From Candidatus Shapirobacteria bacterium (GTDB lineage Bacteria > Patescibacteriota > Microgenomatia > UBA12405): a DNA stretch of 64,000 nucleotides. This document shows, one piece after another, positions 17,622 through 26,024 of this stretch. Location: contig JAQWEN010000001.1 of assembly GCA_028704885.1 (NCBI GenBank), positions 222,679-286,678 of the forward strand. Direction: 5' to 3'. Position 1 is the stretch's first letter, and each line of letters starts with the position of its first letter. The translations under genes and the position numbers were made by a program. Below the pieces are notes generated by a model. It saw only the letters and a list, made by a program, of their open reading frames with translations, was not told where the DNA came from and made no database searches.

Positions 17622-18536
17622 ATGGCAGAAAAAAAGAAAGTCATAACAAAAACCGTCAACCGAAGCGGAAAATCTTTGGTTAAAAAGGCTTTAGTGGTTA
17701 AAACTAAAACTCAGAGCAATATTACTTCGGAAAACATCAAAAAGATGAATGAAAAAGTAGCGGCCGAGAAAATTGCTTTGGAAAAGAAAAAAAATGAAGT
17801 AGACGAGACCGCCGACATTAAAACTATGGCGGTTAAAGAAGATAAGAAATATAATTTAACGATTGGATTAAAAGATTTATTAAATGCTGGAAGTCATTTA
17901 GGACACAAAATTTCTAAAACTCATCCAAAAGCTTTGGAAAATGTTTACACTCAAAAAGATGGAGTCCAAGTTTTTGATTTAGTTAAAACTCTTGATGCTT
18001 TAGAAAAAGCCTGCAATTTTATTTACAATGCTAAAAGAAATGGTAAACAAATTGCTTTACTTGGAACTAAAAGACAAGCCAGAGAAGTTGTCCGACGAGT
18101 CGCTATGGAAGCTGGAGTTCCTTATGTTACTGACAGATGGTTAGGTGGAACTATCACTAATTGGGAACAAATTAAAAAGAATATTAAAAAATTAACTGAT
18201 CTTAAAGAAGGTTTAGAAAAAGGTAAATTTGTTGAGGCGACCAAAAAAGAATTATCGGTTATGAACAAGGAAATTGCCAGATTAGAAAAAATAGTCGGTG
18301 GTTTGGTTAATGTTGATAAATTTTTTGATATTTTGTTTGTAGTTGATGCTGGTTTTGAAAAAACAGCTATTAAAGAAGCTAAAATTCGAAATGTTAAAAC
18401 TGTCGGAATAGTGGATAGTGATGCTAATCCTTTCAAAATTAACTTTGCCATTCCAGCAAATGATGACAGCGTCAAAAGTGTAACTTTAATTGTCGAAGAA
18501 ATTGGTAAGGCAATTAAGGCTGCAGGAGTTAAATAA
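17622..18536 (+). CDS. rpsB: 30S ribosomal protein S2 with an N-terminal Lys-rich extension (or an internal start at 17826)
   Basis: S2 core LKDLLNAGSHLGHKISKTHPKA ... GTKRQAREVV ... TDRWLGGTITNW. An RBS-like AAGGAAA lies 8 nt before the ATG at 17622. The conserved core begins about 70 aa later, at the internal Met at 17826. Confidence 0.8.
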   Translation: MAEKKKVITKTVNRSGKSLVKKALVVKTKTQSNITSENIKKMNEKVAAEKIALEKKKNEVDETADIKTMAVKEDKKYNLTIGLKDLLNAGSHLGHKISKTHPKALENVYTQKDGVQVFDLVKTLDALEKACNFIYNAKRNGKQIALLGTKRQAREVVRRVAMEAGVPYVTDRWLGGTITNWEQIKKNIKKLTDLKEGLEKGKFVEATKKELSVMNKEIARLEKIVGGLVNVDKFFDILFVVDAGFEKTAIKEAKIRNVKTVGIVDSDANPFKINFAIPANDDSVKSVTLIVEEIGKAIKAAGVK

Positions 18537-18587
18537 TAGATTTCAGACTATCAGTCTGTTAGATCTCAGTTAAAATTTAAATTAAAT

Positions 18588-19046
18588 ATGGATAATAACA
18601 AAATAATTGAATTAGTTAAAAAACTTCGAGCTGAAATGGGCTTGGGAATTATGGAAATTAAAGCAGCTTTGGAAGAGGCTGAAGGCGATGAAACAAAAGC
18701 CAAGCAAATTTTAAAAGAAAAAGGTTTTAAAAAAGCGGAAAGTAAGGCAGAAAGAGAAACTCATCAAGGAAGAGTGGCGACTTATACTCATGCCACCGGT
18801 AAAATCGGAGTCATGGTGGAATTGCTTTGTGAAACTGATTTTGTGGCTAAACATGAAGATTTTTTAGCCTTAACCAAAGAACTTTGTTTGCAAGTGGCCG
18901 CAATGAATCCGGAAACTGTTGAAGAATTAATGAAACAAGAATTCATTAAAGATCCAAGTAGAACCATTGAAGAAATGGTTAAAGCTTTGATTTCTAAATT
19001 CGGTGAAAATATGAAAATCAACCGCTTTGCTAGATTTGAAATCTAA
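18588..19046 (+). CDS. tsf: elongation factor Ts (short form)
   Basis: N-terminal UBA-like ELVKKLRAEMGLGIMEIKAALEEAEGDETKAKQILKEKG and the ETDFVAK core. It directly follows rpsB. Confidence 0.85.
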   Translation: MDNNKIIELVKKLRAEMGLGIMEIKAALEEAEGDETKAKQILKEKGFKKAESKAERETHQGRVATYTHATGKIGVMVELLCETDFVAKHEDFLALTKELCLQVAAMNPETVEELMKQEFIKDPSRTIEEMVKALISKFGENMKINRFARFEI

Positions 19047-19079
19047 TCCTTCGACGTTGCTCAGGATAAAAATTGTCTA

Positions 19080-19108
19080 AAAACCCTCCGGAATTTCGGA
19101 GGGTTTTT
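19080..19108 (+). terminator. rho-independent terminator after tsf
   Basis: A GC stem CCCTCCG / CGGAGGG with a 6-nt loop, followed by TTTTT. Confidence 0.6.
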
Positions 19109-19164
19109 GATTGACATTTAATTAATAAGTTTTATTATTTTTTTAGCATTACTATTTTTTAATT

Positions 19165-19860
19165 ATGAAATATAAGGCTAAAAGTAAAAAATTGGGTAAA
19201 ATTAAATTCATGTTAACCCTCTTAGCTTTAAGTGGAGGATTATTGGTGGCAACAAAAATGGTGCAAACTAATCAAGAAAATAGAGGTAATGCTGTTGGTA
19301 GTACAGTTTACACGGGGTATTCGGTATTAAATAATACTTTGGAATGTAGAAATGCTGGTGGAATTTGCGCTACATTCAATACAGCTTCAACAAGTTATAG
19401 TTTATATAAAGGTACTTGTTCGGTAAATGGAGTTAGTGGAACTTTTATAACTGGAAAATGTGCTGGTGACTGGAGAACTACTTGCTGCAATACGGGAACA
19501 TCTTGCTATGTGGGAAATTATAGAATTCCTAATGGAGCTAAATTCTGCAATACTTTGGCTAAAACTAGAGTTTATGTTTGTAATAGTGGAAATATTGTTT
19601 ATCAAGGTTTAGATTGTTCTTCTAGGGGAAAAATTTGTGAAAATGGTAATTGTGTGACTAAACTTTCAGGGACTGATGCTGGGGCGGAAAAGTGTGTAAT
19701 TAAAGGTGGTAATTGTCAAACTAATTATGCTAGTTCAGGATTAATAGTTACACCGTCAGAGGGGACTGTGTGTATGATCGGGAATAAATTAGGAACTTTT
19801 AAATCTGGTTTGTGTAGTGGTAAATACATAACTGGATATCGATGTTGCGTTCCTAATTAG
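19165..19860 (+). CDS. secreted Cys-rich protein (paralog of the N-domain of the 21571 protein; ends in a CCVPN motif)
   Basis: N-terminal signal anchor (FMLTLLALSGGLLVA), then about 30 cysteines in spaced patterns. The C-terminal YRCCVPN resembles ARCCVPD in the protein at 21571. Confidence 0.5.
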   Translation: MKYKAKSKKLGKIKFMLTLLALSGGLLVATKMVQTNQENRGNAVGSTVYTGYSVLNNTLECRNAGGICATFNTASTSYSLYKGTCSVNGVSGTFITGKCAGDWRTTCCNTGTSCYVGNYRIPNGAKFCNTLAKTRVYVCNSGNIVYQGLDCSSRGKICENGNCVTKLSGTDAGAEKCVIKGGNCQTNYASSGLIVTPSEGTVCMIGNKLGTFKSGLCSGKYITGYRCCVPN

Positions 19861-19871
19861 GCTAAAAATTT

Positions 19872-19880
19872 TGGTATAAT
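19872..19880 (+). promoter_or_regulatory. extended -10 promoter TGGTATAAT, 8 nt upstream of the frr ATG (leaderless-like)
   Basis: TTTTGGTATAATTTGG is almost identical to the motifs at 4703 and 17284. Confidence 0.35.
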
Positions 19881-19887
19881 TTGGTAT

Positions 19888-20439
19888 ATGATAAATTTCA
19901 CCGACGTAAAAACTAGAATGGAAAAAATTAGTGCTTTGTTTGCTAATGATATTGCTTCAATAAGGACAGGAAGAGCAACTCCAGGATTAATTGAAAATGT
20001 AGTAGTGACGGTTTATAACGGCCAAAAAATGAAATTAATTGAATTAGGATCGATTGGAGTGCCAGATGTTCGCAGTTTAACTTTTGAACCATGGGATCAA
20101 CCAATAATAAGGGAAATTGCTAATGGAATTTCGGTGGCTAATATTGGAATGACACCAGTAGTAGATGGAAGTATTATTAGGATGAGCTTGCCAATGTTGA
20201 CAGTGGAACAGAGAGAAGATTATATAAAACTTTTGGGAAGAAAATTGGAGGGAGCTAGGGTGATGATTAGAGATGCTAGAGCTGATTTCAGATTTGATTT
20301 ACAAAAAGCTAAACAAGACAAATCGGTTTCAGAAGATGAACTTAAAAGAGATGAAACTGAGTTACAAAAAACAACTGATCTTTATGTGACCAAATTGGAA
20401 GAGATGGCCAAGAAAAAAGAATTGGAGATTAGAGGATAA
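19888..20439 (+). CDS. frr: ribosome recycling factor
   Basis: RRF family pattern: MEKISALFANDIASIRTGRATPGLIENVVV ... C-terminal coiled coil. Length 183 aa. Confidence 0.9.
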   Translation: MINFTDVKTRMEKISALFANDIASIRTGRATPGLIENVVVTVYNGQKMKLIELGSIGVPDVRSLTFEPWDQPIIREIANGISVANIGMTPVVDGSIIRMSLPMLTVEQREDYIKLLGRKLEGARVMIRDARADFRFDLQKAKQDKSVSEDELKRDETELQKTTDLYVTKLEEMAKKKELEIRG

Positions 20440-20441
20440 CT

Positions 20442-21479
20442 ATGGATTTGATAATTTTTATAGTAGCGCTGTCGATTTTAGTTTTGGTTCATGAATTTGG
20501 CCATTTTTTTGCGGCCAGAAGAACTGGAGTGAAAGTGGAAGAGTTTGGTTTGGGTTTGCCACCAAGAATTATGGGAAAGAAAATTGGAGATACTATATAT
20601 AGTATAAATTGGTTGCCAATTGGTGGTTTTTGTAAATTATATGGAGAAGATGGTGACGGCAAGGGTGGCGAAGCTTTTAATCATAAAAAACCATGGCAAA
20701 AATTAATAATAGTTTTGGGTGGAGTGTTGATGAATTTGGTCTTGGCAATTGTGATTTTTAGTGTGGTTTATACAATTTTAGGAATTCCAGAACAAACTGA
20801 TAAAGTGACAATCATTGGAATTTCAAAAGATTCACCGGCAGAAAAAGCTGGATTGAAAGAAGACGATGTTATTTTTAAGGTGGCAGACAAAGAAATTAAA
20901 AATCCAAATGAATTGACAACTGAAGTGGCAAAATATAAGGGGAAGGATGTTCAATTAATAATTAATAATAAAGAGATAGTTGTTAATGTTAGAGAAAATC
21001 CACCAGAAGGAGAAGGGGCAATTGGAATTGCAATTTCAAATACGGAAATGATAAAAGTGCCTTGGTATCGAATCGATAAAGAGATTATAGCTGGTTTTAA
21101 GGAAGCCTATTATTGGGGAAAAATTATAGCTGGGGGAGTGTTTAAAATGATTTCTGGATTATTTATGGGACAAGTACCAAAAGATGTTTCTGGTCCAATT
21201 GGAATGTATGAGGCGACCAGTTCAATTAATAAGAATCAAGGGTTTTTGGCAGTGGTTCATTTTTTTGGGATTGTGTCGGTTAATTTAGCGATAGTAAATA
21301 TTTTGCCTTTTCCAGCTTTGGATGGTGGCAGAATTATTTTTGTACTTTACGAAATGATCACTAAAAGAAAAGCCAATCAAAAATTAGAAATGGTGGTAAA
21401 CAATATTGGAATGATATTGCTTTTGGGATTGATCTTGTTGATAACAGTAGGGGATATTAGCCGAGTTTTGCAAAAGTAA
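20442..21479 (+). CDS. rseP: RIP metalloprotease RseP (M50 site-2 protease with PDZ)
   Basis: HEFGHFF HExxH motif in TM1, a PDZ domain (GISKDSPAEKAGLKEDDVI) and a C-terminal LDGG motif. Confidence 0.85.
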   Translation: MDLIIFIVALSILVLVHEFGHFFAARRTGVKVEEFGLGLPPRIMGKKIGDTIYSINWLPIGGFCKLYGEDGDGKGGEAFNHKKPWQKLIIVLGGVLMNLVLAIVIFSVVYTILGIPEQTDKVTIIGISKDSPAEKAGLKEDDVIFKVADKEIKNPNELTTEVAKYKGKDVQLIINNKEIVVNVRENPPEGEGAIGIAISNTEMIKVPWYRIDKEIIAGFKEAYYWGKIIAGGVFKMISGLFMGQVPKDVSGPIGMYEATSSINKNQGFLAVVHFFGIVSVNLAIVNILPFPALDGGRIIFVLYEMITKRKANQKLEMVVNNIGMILLLGLILLITVGDISRVLQK

Positions 21480-21570
21480 AATCAGCTGATTTTCAGGTGT
21501 TTTTGGAACTGATACGTTGACATGGTTTTTTAAAAGTGCTTTACTTTTCTATAAGATATTTTTTATAAAA

Positions 21571-23337
21571 ATGAAACAAAACAAAGGTATTTCCCAAATT
21601 ATGGTGATGCTTGTTATGTTGGTTTTAGCAATAGCACTTCCAATAACGACAAGATTAGTACAAAAGAGTCTGGAAAATAGAAGTAAAGCGACTATAGCTT
21701 TTTTAGATTATGCTGAAGTATGCACTGGAGATGCTAGTTGTAAACCACCATCTGGTCAAACTTCTGGTTTTTGTACAGATACTACACATTTAACTAATTG
21801 GCCATCTTTTAATAAAGGAGCTCCTCCTGTTTGTTCTTATGGATGGGGAAATAGTAGTAACACTAGACGTAATGAGGCTTGTATATCAGTAGGTGGTAGT
21901 TGTACTGAGGCATATGCAACTCCTTGGGGAAGTGATTGTAAAACAGATAAAGGTGTTGATGGTACTGTGGTTTGGAATTTGTGTTTGGCTGACCCCTATC
22001 TTGGTGTTGCAAGATGTTGTGTCCCTGATACTGTTTATGCTCAATGTGGGACTATTAATGATTCATGTGTTAAAGGAACGCTTACTCAAATGGATGATAC
22101 GGATACTCAATTTAAATGGAAATGTACGGGTTATGTAAATAAAGTAAGTGTTGAATGTAGTGCAGCTAAACCGGTCTGTACTACCGGTGATAAACAATGT
22201 TCCGGAACTAAACTTCAAACTTGTACCAATAATGCTTGGTCTGACACCACTGATTGTGGAGCTCTAGGTTGTAACTCAACTATTAAAGCTTGTAATGCTC
22301 AAGTCTGTACTACCGGATCGACGCAATGTTTGAATAGTAATACTAAACAAACTTGTGCCAATAATGCTTGGGGTGGAAATGAAACTTGTACTTATGGTTG
22401 TAGTGGTGGTACTTGTAGTAATCCAATTTGTGGTGCTACCGATAAGAAATGTTTAGATAATATATTACAAAAGTGTAATGCGGCTAGAACTGGTTGGGAA
22501 ACCGACACTGATTGTGGAGCTTTAGGCTGTAATTCAACTTCTAAAACTTGCAATGTATGTGTAAATGGATATCAAAAATGTAGTACGAGCGACAATTATT
22601 TTACCTGTAATGATGGTCAATGGTCGACTTCAACTACTGATTGCACAGGTGATAAAGTTTGTACTGATGGTGCAAATTCTGACTCTGTTTGTCATGATCC
22701 TGAATATGTGGCACCAAAATTAAATATGCAGATAGCTTTGTTGGGAGTAGGTGTTTCTGGTACGACACCTAAATGTTTGGGAGATATTAAATTAAAGATA
22801 AATGTATCTAAAGTTGGCCAGCCAGGAATTACTAGAGAAATAACAGCAACTAAGGTTGATGGTAAATTTTCAACTATAAAAACGGCTGGTGATGGTTATC
22901 AAGTTTATCAAGTTAGTAATTTTGCTCTTGATAACACTTTTGCATTAACAGATAAAATTTATATAAATATTACCGGGGCAAATAATAGTAATAATTTGAA
23001 ATTATTGACAACTCTTTATGGTAAAAATAATCAAACCGATGGTTTTGTGCCACAAGATGAAAGTCAGATATTAGTTTCTTCTTTAGTCAACAACACTTTA
23101 AATTTATATAATTATCCGATTTTAAATGGTGATATCGGTTCAGAAACTGCCAGTACTCAAGGAGATGGTGTTATAAATGGCTTTGATTTTGTGCATATGA
23201 AAAATCAATGGAATGAAAGTGTGACAGCTAATGAAACATTGAGGTCTGATTTGAATGGAGATTGTTTTGTCGACAGTATTGATCTTCAAATTTATAAGAA
23301 TTCGACATCGGTGCAATATAATGCAAAAACTTTTTAA
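21571..23337 (+). CDS. large secreted Cys-rich repeat protein with a C-terminal dockerin-like Ca-binding module
   Basis: Signal anchor MKQNKGISQIMVMLVMLVLAIALPI. An N-domain ends in RCCVPD, followed by at least four ~40-aa Cys repeats (CTTGxxQC ... QTCxNNAW ... DCGALGCNST.K.CN). The C-terminus has two dockerin-like loops (GDGVINGFDFVHMK; DLNGDCFVDSIDLQIYK). The ORF-track start at 21517 lies upstream of the signal peptide, so the ATG at 21571 is preferred. Confidence 0.55.
   Translation: MKQNKGISQIMVMLVMLVLAIALPITTRLVQKSLENRSKATIAFLDYAEVCTGDASCKPPSGQTSGFCTDTTHLTNWPSFNKGAPPVCSYGWGNSSNTRRNEACISVGGSCTEAYATPWGSDCKTDKGVDGTVVWNLCLADPYLGVARCCVPDTVYAQCGTINDSCVKGTLTQMDDTDTQFKWKCTGYVNKVSVECSAAKPVCTTGDKQCSGTKLQTCTNNAWSDTTDCGALGCNSTIKACNAQVCTTGSTQCLNSNTKQTCANNAWGGNETCTYGCSGGTCSNPICGATDKKCLDNILQKCNAARTGWETDTDCGALGCNSTSKTCNVCVNGYQKCSTSDNYFTCNDGQWSTSTTDCTGDKVCTDGANSDSVCHDPEYVAPKLNMQIALLGVGVSGTTPKCLGDIKLKINVSKVGQPGITREITATKVDGKFSTIKTAGDGYQVYQVSNFALDNTFALTDKIYINITGANNSNNLKLLTTLYGKNNQTDGFVPQDESQILVSSLVNNTLNLYNYPILNGDIGSETASTQGDGVINGFDFVHMKNQWNESVTANETLRSDLNGDCFVDSIDLQIYKNSTSVQYNAKTF
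22249..22554 (+). repeat. intragenic direct repeat (two ~48-nt copies at 22249-22296 and 22507-22554) within the Cys-rich repeat gene
   Basis: ACTGATTGTGGAGCTCTAGGTTGTAACTCAACTATTAAAGCTTGTAAT versus ACTGATTGTGGAGCTTTAGGCTGTAATTCAACTTCTAAAACTTGCAAT; the copies differ at 7 of 48 nt. Confidence 0.6.
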
Positions 23338-23353
23338 AAATTAAACCTAAACA

Positions 23354-23962
23354 ATGGAAAACAATAATAAAATACTGAAAATTTTGATACCAATAATAGC
23401 AGTAGTAATTATTTTTGAAAGTGTAATGTTGGTATCTGGTTTAGAAAAAAGTAATATTGTAACAAAAGAATCGACTGGTTCGGCGGAAACAAAAAAGGAG
23501 GAAGTGGTAGTTGGTAATGCTTTTGATTTGGTTTTTTCGACTGATTCTAAAGAAATGAAGGTTGATAAAAATTATCAAATTAAGTTGCAAGGTTTAGTAA
23601 AAGAAAAAAATACTTTGGATGCAATTGATATTTCAATCAAATATGATGCTAAAAATTTAGATATTACTAATTTGGTTTTTGATGAAAAATTACCGAAACC
23701 ATTTATAGGTCAAATAATAAAAGAAGACGGAATGATAGTGGTGAAATATTTGATAGAAACCAAACAGGGGATGACTTTTAATGTTAATGACGTTGTCTCT
23801 TTGGTTAGTTTTAATGTTAAAACAAGAGTGGCTGGCAATTATGAATTTGAAGTTGCTACTGGTAATGAAGATAAAAAATTTGCTACTATGTTTATAGAAA
23901 ATACTTCGGCTAAGGCTTTGCCTTTCTCAGGTAATAAATTAGAAATTAATGTAATTAAGTAA
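23354..23962 (+). CDS. membrane-anchored cohesin-like (beta-sandwich) domain protein
   Basis: N-terminal TM (ILIPIIAVVIIFESVMLV), then a segment AFDLVFSTDS ... IKLQGLV ... IDISIKYDAKNLDITNLVFDE that resembles the cohesin pattern (a.v.v.v ... l.yDp..L.v..v..G). Confidence 0.4.
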   Translation: MENNNKILKILIPIIAVVIIFESVMLVSGLEKSNIVTKESTGSAETKKEEVVVGNAFDLVFSTDSKEMKVDKNYQIKLQGLVKEKNTLDAIDISIKYDAKNLDITNLVFDEKLPKPFIGQIIKEDGMIVVKYLIETKQGMTFNVNDVVSLVSFNVKTRVAGNYEFEVATGNEDKKFATMFIENTSAKALPFSGNKLEINVIK

Positions 23963-23964
23963 AA

Positions 23965-24678
23965 ATGAAAAAGACAATATCAAATTTATTATTGACGGGA
24001 GCTTTTTTATTGTTGTCTACTAAAGTTGTAGCTGCGGCTGACCCAAAGTTATATTTTAGCCCAGCAACTGGGAGCTATCATGTTAACGATACTTTTGCAG
24101 TGACGATGATGATTGATTCTGGGGCGATGGTGGCTGGAGCAGCAGATTTAGTGGGAACTTTTGATCCGGCGTTGTTAGAGATTACAAGTATAGAAACTGC
24201 TACTGATATGGCATTTAATAAGAGTGTTAGCGGTGGTTCTTGTTCAAATAATTCTACTGCAGAATGGGCTACTGGAAAATTCTCGGCTGTTTGTTATTCA
24301 TCAATGACAGCTGGTGATCAGATAACTACTGGAAATTTAATGGTGATTACTTTTAAGGCAAAAGCAGTGGGTACAGCAACGGTTGGTTATACTTGTGATG
24401 GTACTTCTGGTGATTCAAATATAACTCAAACATCACCAATTAAAGATATTATAGTTTGTTCAGCTAATGGCAGTGGTTCTTATACAATAACAGCTGCAAC
24501 TGGGGATGCGGCTACTCCAACACCAACAACTGGTTCTTCAACCTCTACTTCCACAACAGTTACACCTACAACTGTTCCAACACAATTACCTCAGACAGGA
24601 GGGGTGGCAACAACTGTTGGTTTGATTGTTTTCGGAGCTATTAGTTTTGCCTCAGCATTGTTTTTGAAATTTCTATGA
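23965..24678 (+). CDS. cohesin-like surface protein with a Thr/Pro linker and a C-terminal LPXTG sortase sorting signal
   Basis: Signal peptide ending AAADP. A cohesin-like AVTMMIDSGAMVAGAADLVGTFDPALLEITSIETAT. A linker TPTPTTGSSTSTSTTVTPTTVPTQ. The C-terminus is LPQTGG, then a hydrophobic stretch, then K at the end. Confidence 0.5.
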   Translation: MKKTISNLLLTGAFLLLSTKVVAAADPKLYFSPATGSYHVNDTFAVTMMIDSGAMVAGAADLVGTFDPALLEITSIETATDMAFNKSVSGGSCSNNSTAEWATGKFSAVCYSSMTAGDQITTGNLMVITFKAKAVGTATVGYTCDGTSGDSNITQTSPIKDIIVCSANGSGSYTITAATGDAATPTPTTGSSTSTSTTVTPTTVPTQLPQTGGVATTVGLIVFGAISFASALFLKFL

Positions 24679-25343
24679 AAGGTAAGGTTAACTTAAAAAC
24701 GATAATTATTTTTGCTATTTTGATTGTAGTAATTGTATTGTCGGTTTTATTAGTTGGGAAAGCCAAAACTTTTTTAAGTGGAGCAACAGCTGATTATGAA
24801 CCACAAAATTTATTGGCCGTTCCTAAAGAAGATGGTAAAACAGCAATGGTTTCTTGGACAACTGATAAAGAAGTGAAGGCTTCTGTTTTTTACGGAACTA
24901 ATATGGCAAGTTTGCTTTTAATGGCAGAAGATGTGGAAGTGGCAGTTGATCATAATATTTTATTAACAAATTTAAAGAGTAATACGACTTATTACTATAA
25001 AATAGTGGTCGACAATGACAATATTTTTGATAATGGGGGAATGATGTATAACTTTAAAACTAATGGTAGCGATGAAGTATTAGAACCAGTAGTTACAATT
25101 GAACCGACATTAGTTCCAACTTTAACAGCTTCTTCATCAAGTAGTTCAGCGATTAGTTCATCAACTTGCAACAGAACAACAGATTATAACAAAGATGGGG
25201 TAATTAATAGTGTTGATTATATTTCCTGTACAAAAGGAATAATTACTCCAACAGCTGAGGACGCTTGTGCTGGTGATTATAATAAAGATGGAGTAACTAA
25301 CAGCTTAGACAGAATAAAGTGTTTACAAGACACCAAAAGATAG
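24675..25343 (+). CDS. FN3-like domain protein with a C-terminal canonical double dockerin repeat
   Basis: N-terminal TM; an FN3/PAP-N-like MVSWTTDKEV ... TYYYKIVV. Two dockerin Ca loops, TDYNKDGVINSVDYISC and GDYNKDGVTNSLDRIKC, fit the D-x-N-x-DG-x-V/I-N-x-x-D consensus. Confidence 0.5.
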   Translation: MKGKVNLKTIIIFAILIVVIVLSVLLVGKAKTFLSGATADYEPQNLLAVPKEDGKTAMVSWTTDKEVKASVFYGTNMASLLLMAEDVEVAVDHNILLTNLKSNTTYYYKIVVDNDNIFDNGGMMYNFKTNGSDEVLEPVVTIEPTLVPTLTASSSSSSAISSSTCNRTTDYNKDGVINSVDYISCTKGIITPTAEDACAGDYNKDGVTNSLDRIKCLQDTKR

Positions 25344-25384
25344 GTAAAATAAGAAACTTTAAATTAAAGGAGGTGTGAGTTTTA

Positions 25385-25603
25385 ATGCCAATTATAGTAA
25401 AGAAAAATAAAGGTGAATCAAAAGACGATATTATCGGTAAATTTAGAAGGCTTTGTTTGGAAGAGGATATTACTGAAGAAGTTAGAAAAAGAACTTCTTA
25501 TGTAAAACCATCTGAAGAAAGATATGCTAAAAAGAAAATAATTGTTTGGCGAGATAAATGTCGCAGAAAAGCAAAAAATTCCAGAAGACACGATGCGAAA
25601 TAA
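25385..25603 (+). CDS. rpsU: 30S ribosomal protein S21
   Basis: MPIIVKKNKGESKDDIIGKFRRLCLEEDITEEVRKRTSYVKPSEERYAKKK follows the S21 family pattern. RBS AAGGAGGTG lies 9 nt upstream. Confidence 0.85.
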   Translation: MPIIVKKNKGESKDDIIGKFRRLCLEEDITEEVRKRTSYVKPSEERYAKKKIIVWRDKCRRKAKNSRRHDAK

Positions 25604-26024
25604 ATTAAAACAAGACAGTTTTGATGCGTTAAAAAACCGTGATAATAAACGGGTGGATGTGTTGCGATTTTTAATTTCATTAATTGATAAAAAAGAATTG
25701 CAACTGCCACCCGGTGATATGACAGAAGTTGAAGAAATTGGAGTTTTGAGAAAAGAGTTAAAAAATAAAGAAGAATCGAGAGAAATGTTTTTAAAAGCGG
25801 GAAGACAGGATTTGGTCGATCAATTAGACTATGAAATAGTGGTGGTTAAAGAATATTTACCGGCAGAAATTAGTGAAGAAAAAATTACCGAGATTGTAGT
25901 TCAAGCGATTGCCAATAATGGTAATAATTTTGGATTAATCATGAAGGAAGTTATGACTAAAACCGGTGGAAGTGTTGACGGAGGAGTAATTTCCAAGATA
26001 GTTAAAGAAAAAATAAATGGATAA
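25593..26024 (+). CDS. yqeY: GatB/YqeY domain protein
   Basis: MRNKLKQDSFDALKNRDNKRVDVLRFLISLID has the YqeY N-terminal pattern. The start overlaps the rpsU stop, matching the conserved rpsU-yqeY pairing. Confidence 0.7.
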   Translation: MRNKLKQDSFDALKNRDNKRVDVLRFLISLIDKKELQLPPGDMTEVEEIGVLRKELKNKEESREMFLKAGRQDLVDQLDYEIVVVKEYLPAEISEEKITEIVVQAIANNGNNFGLIMKEVMTKTGGSVDGGVISKIVKEKING

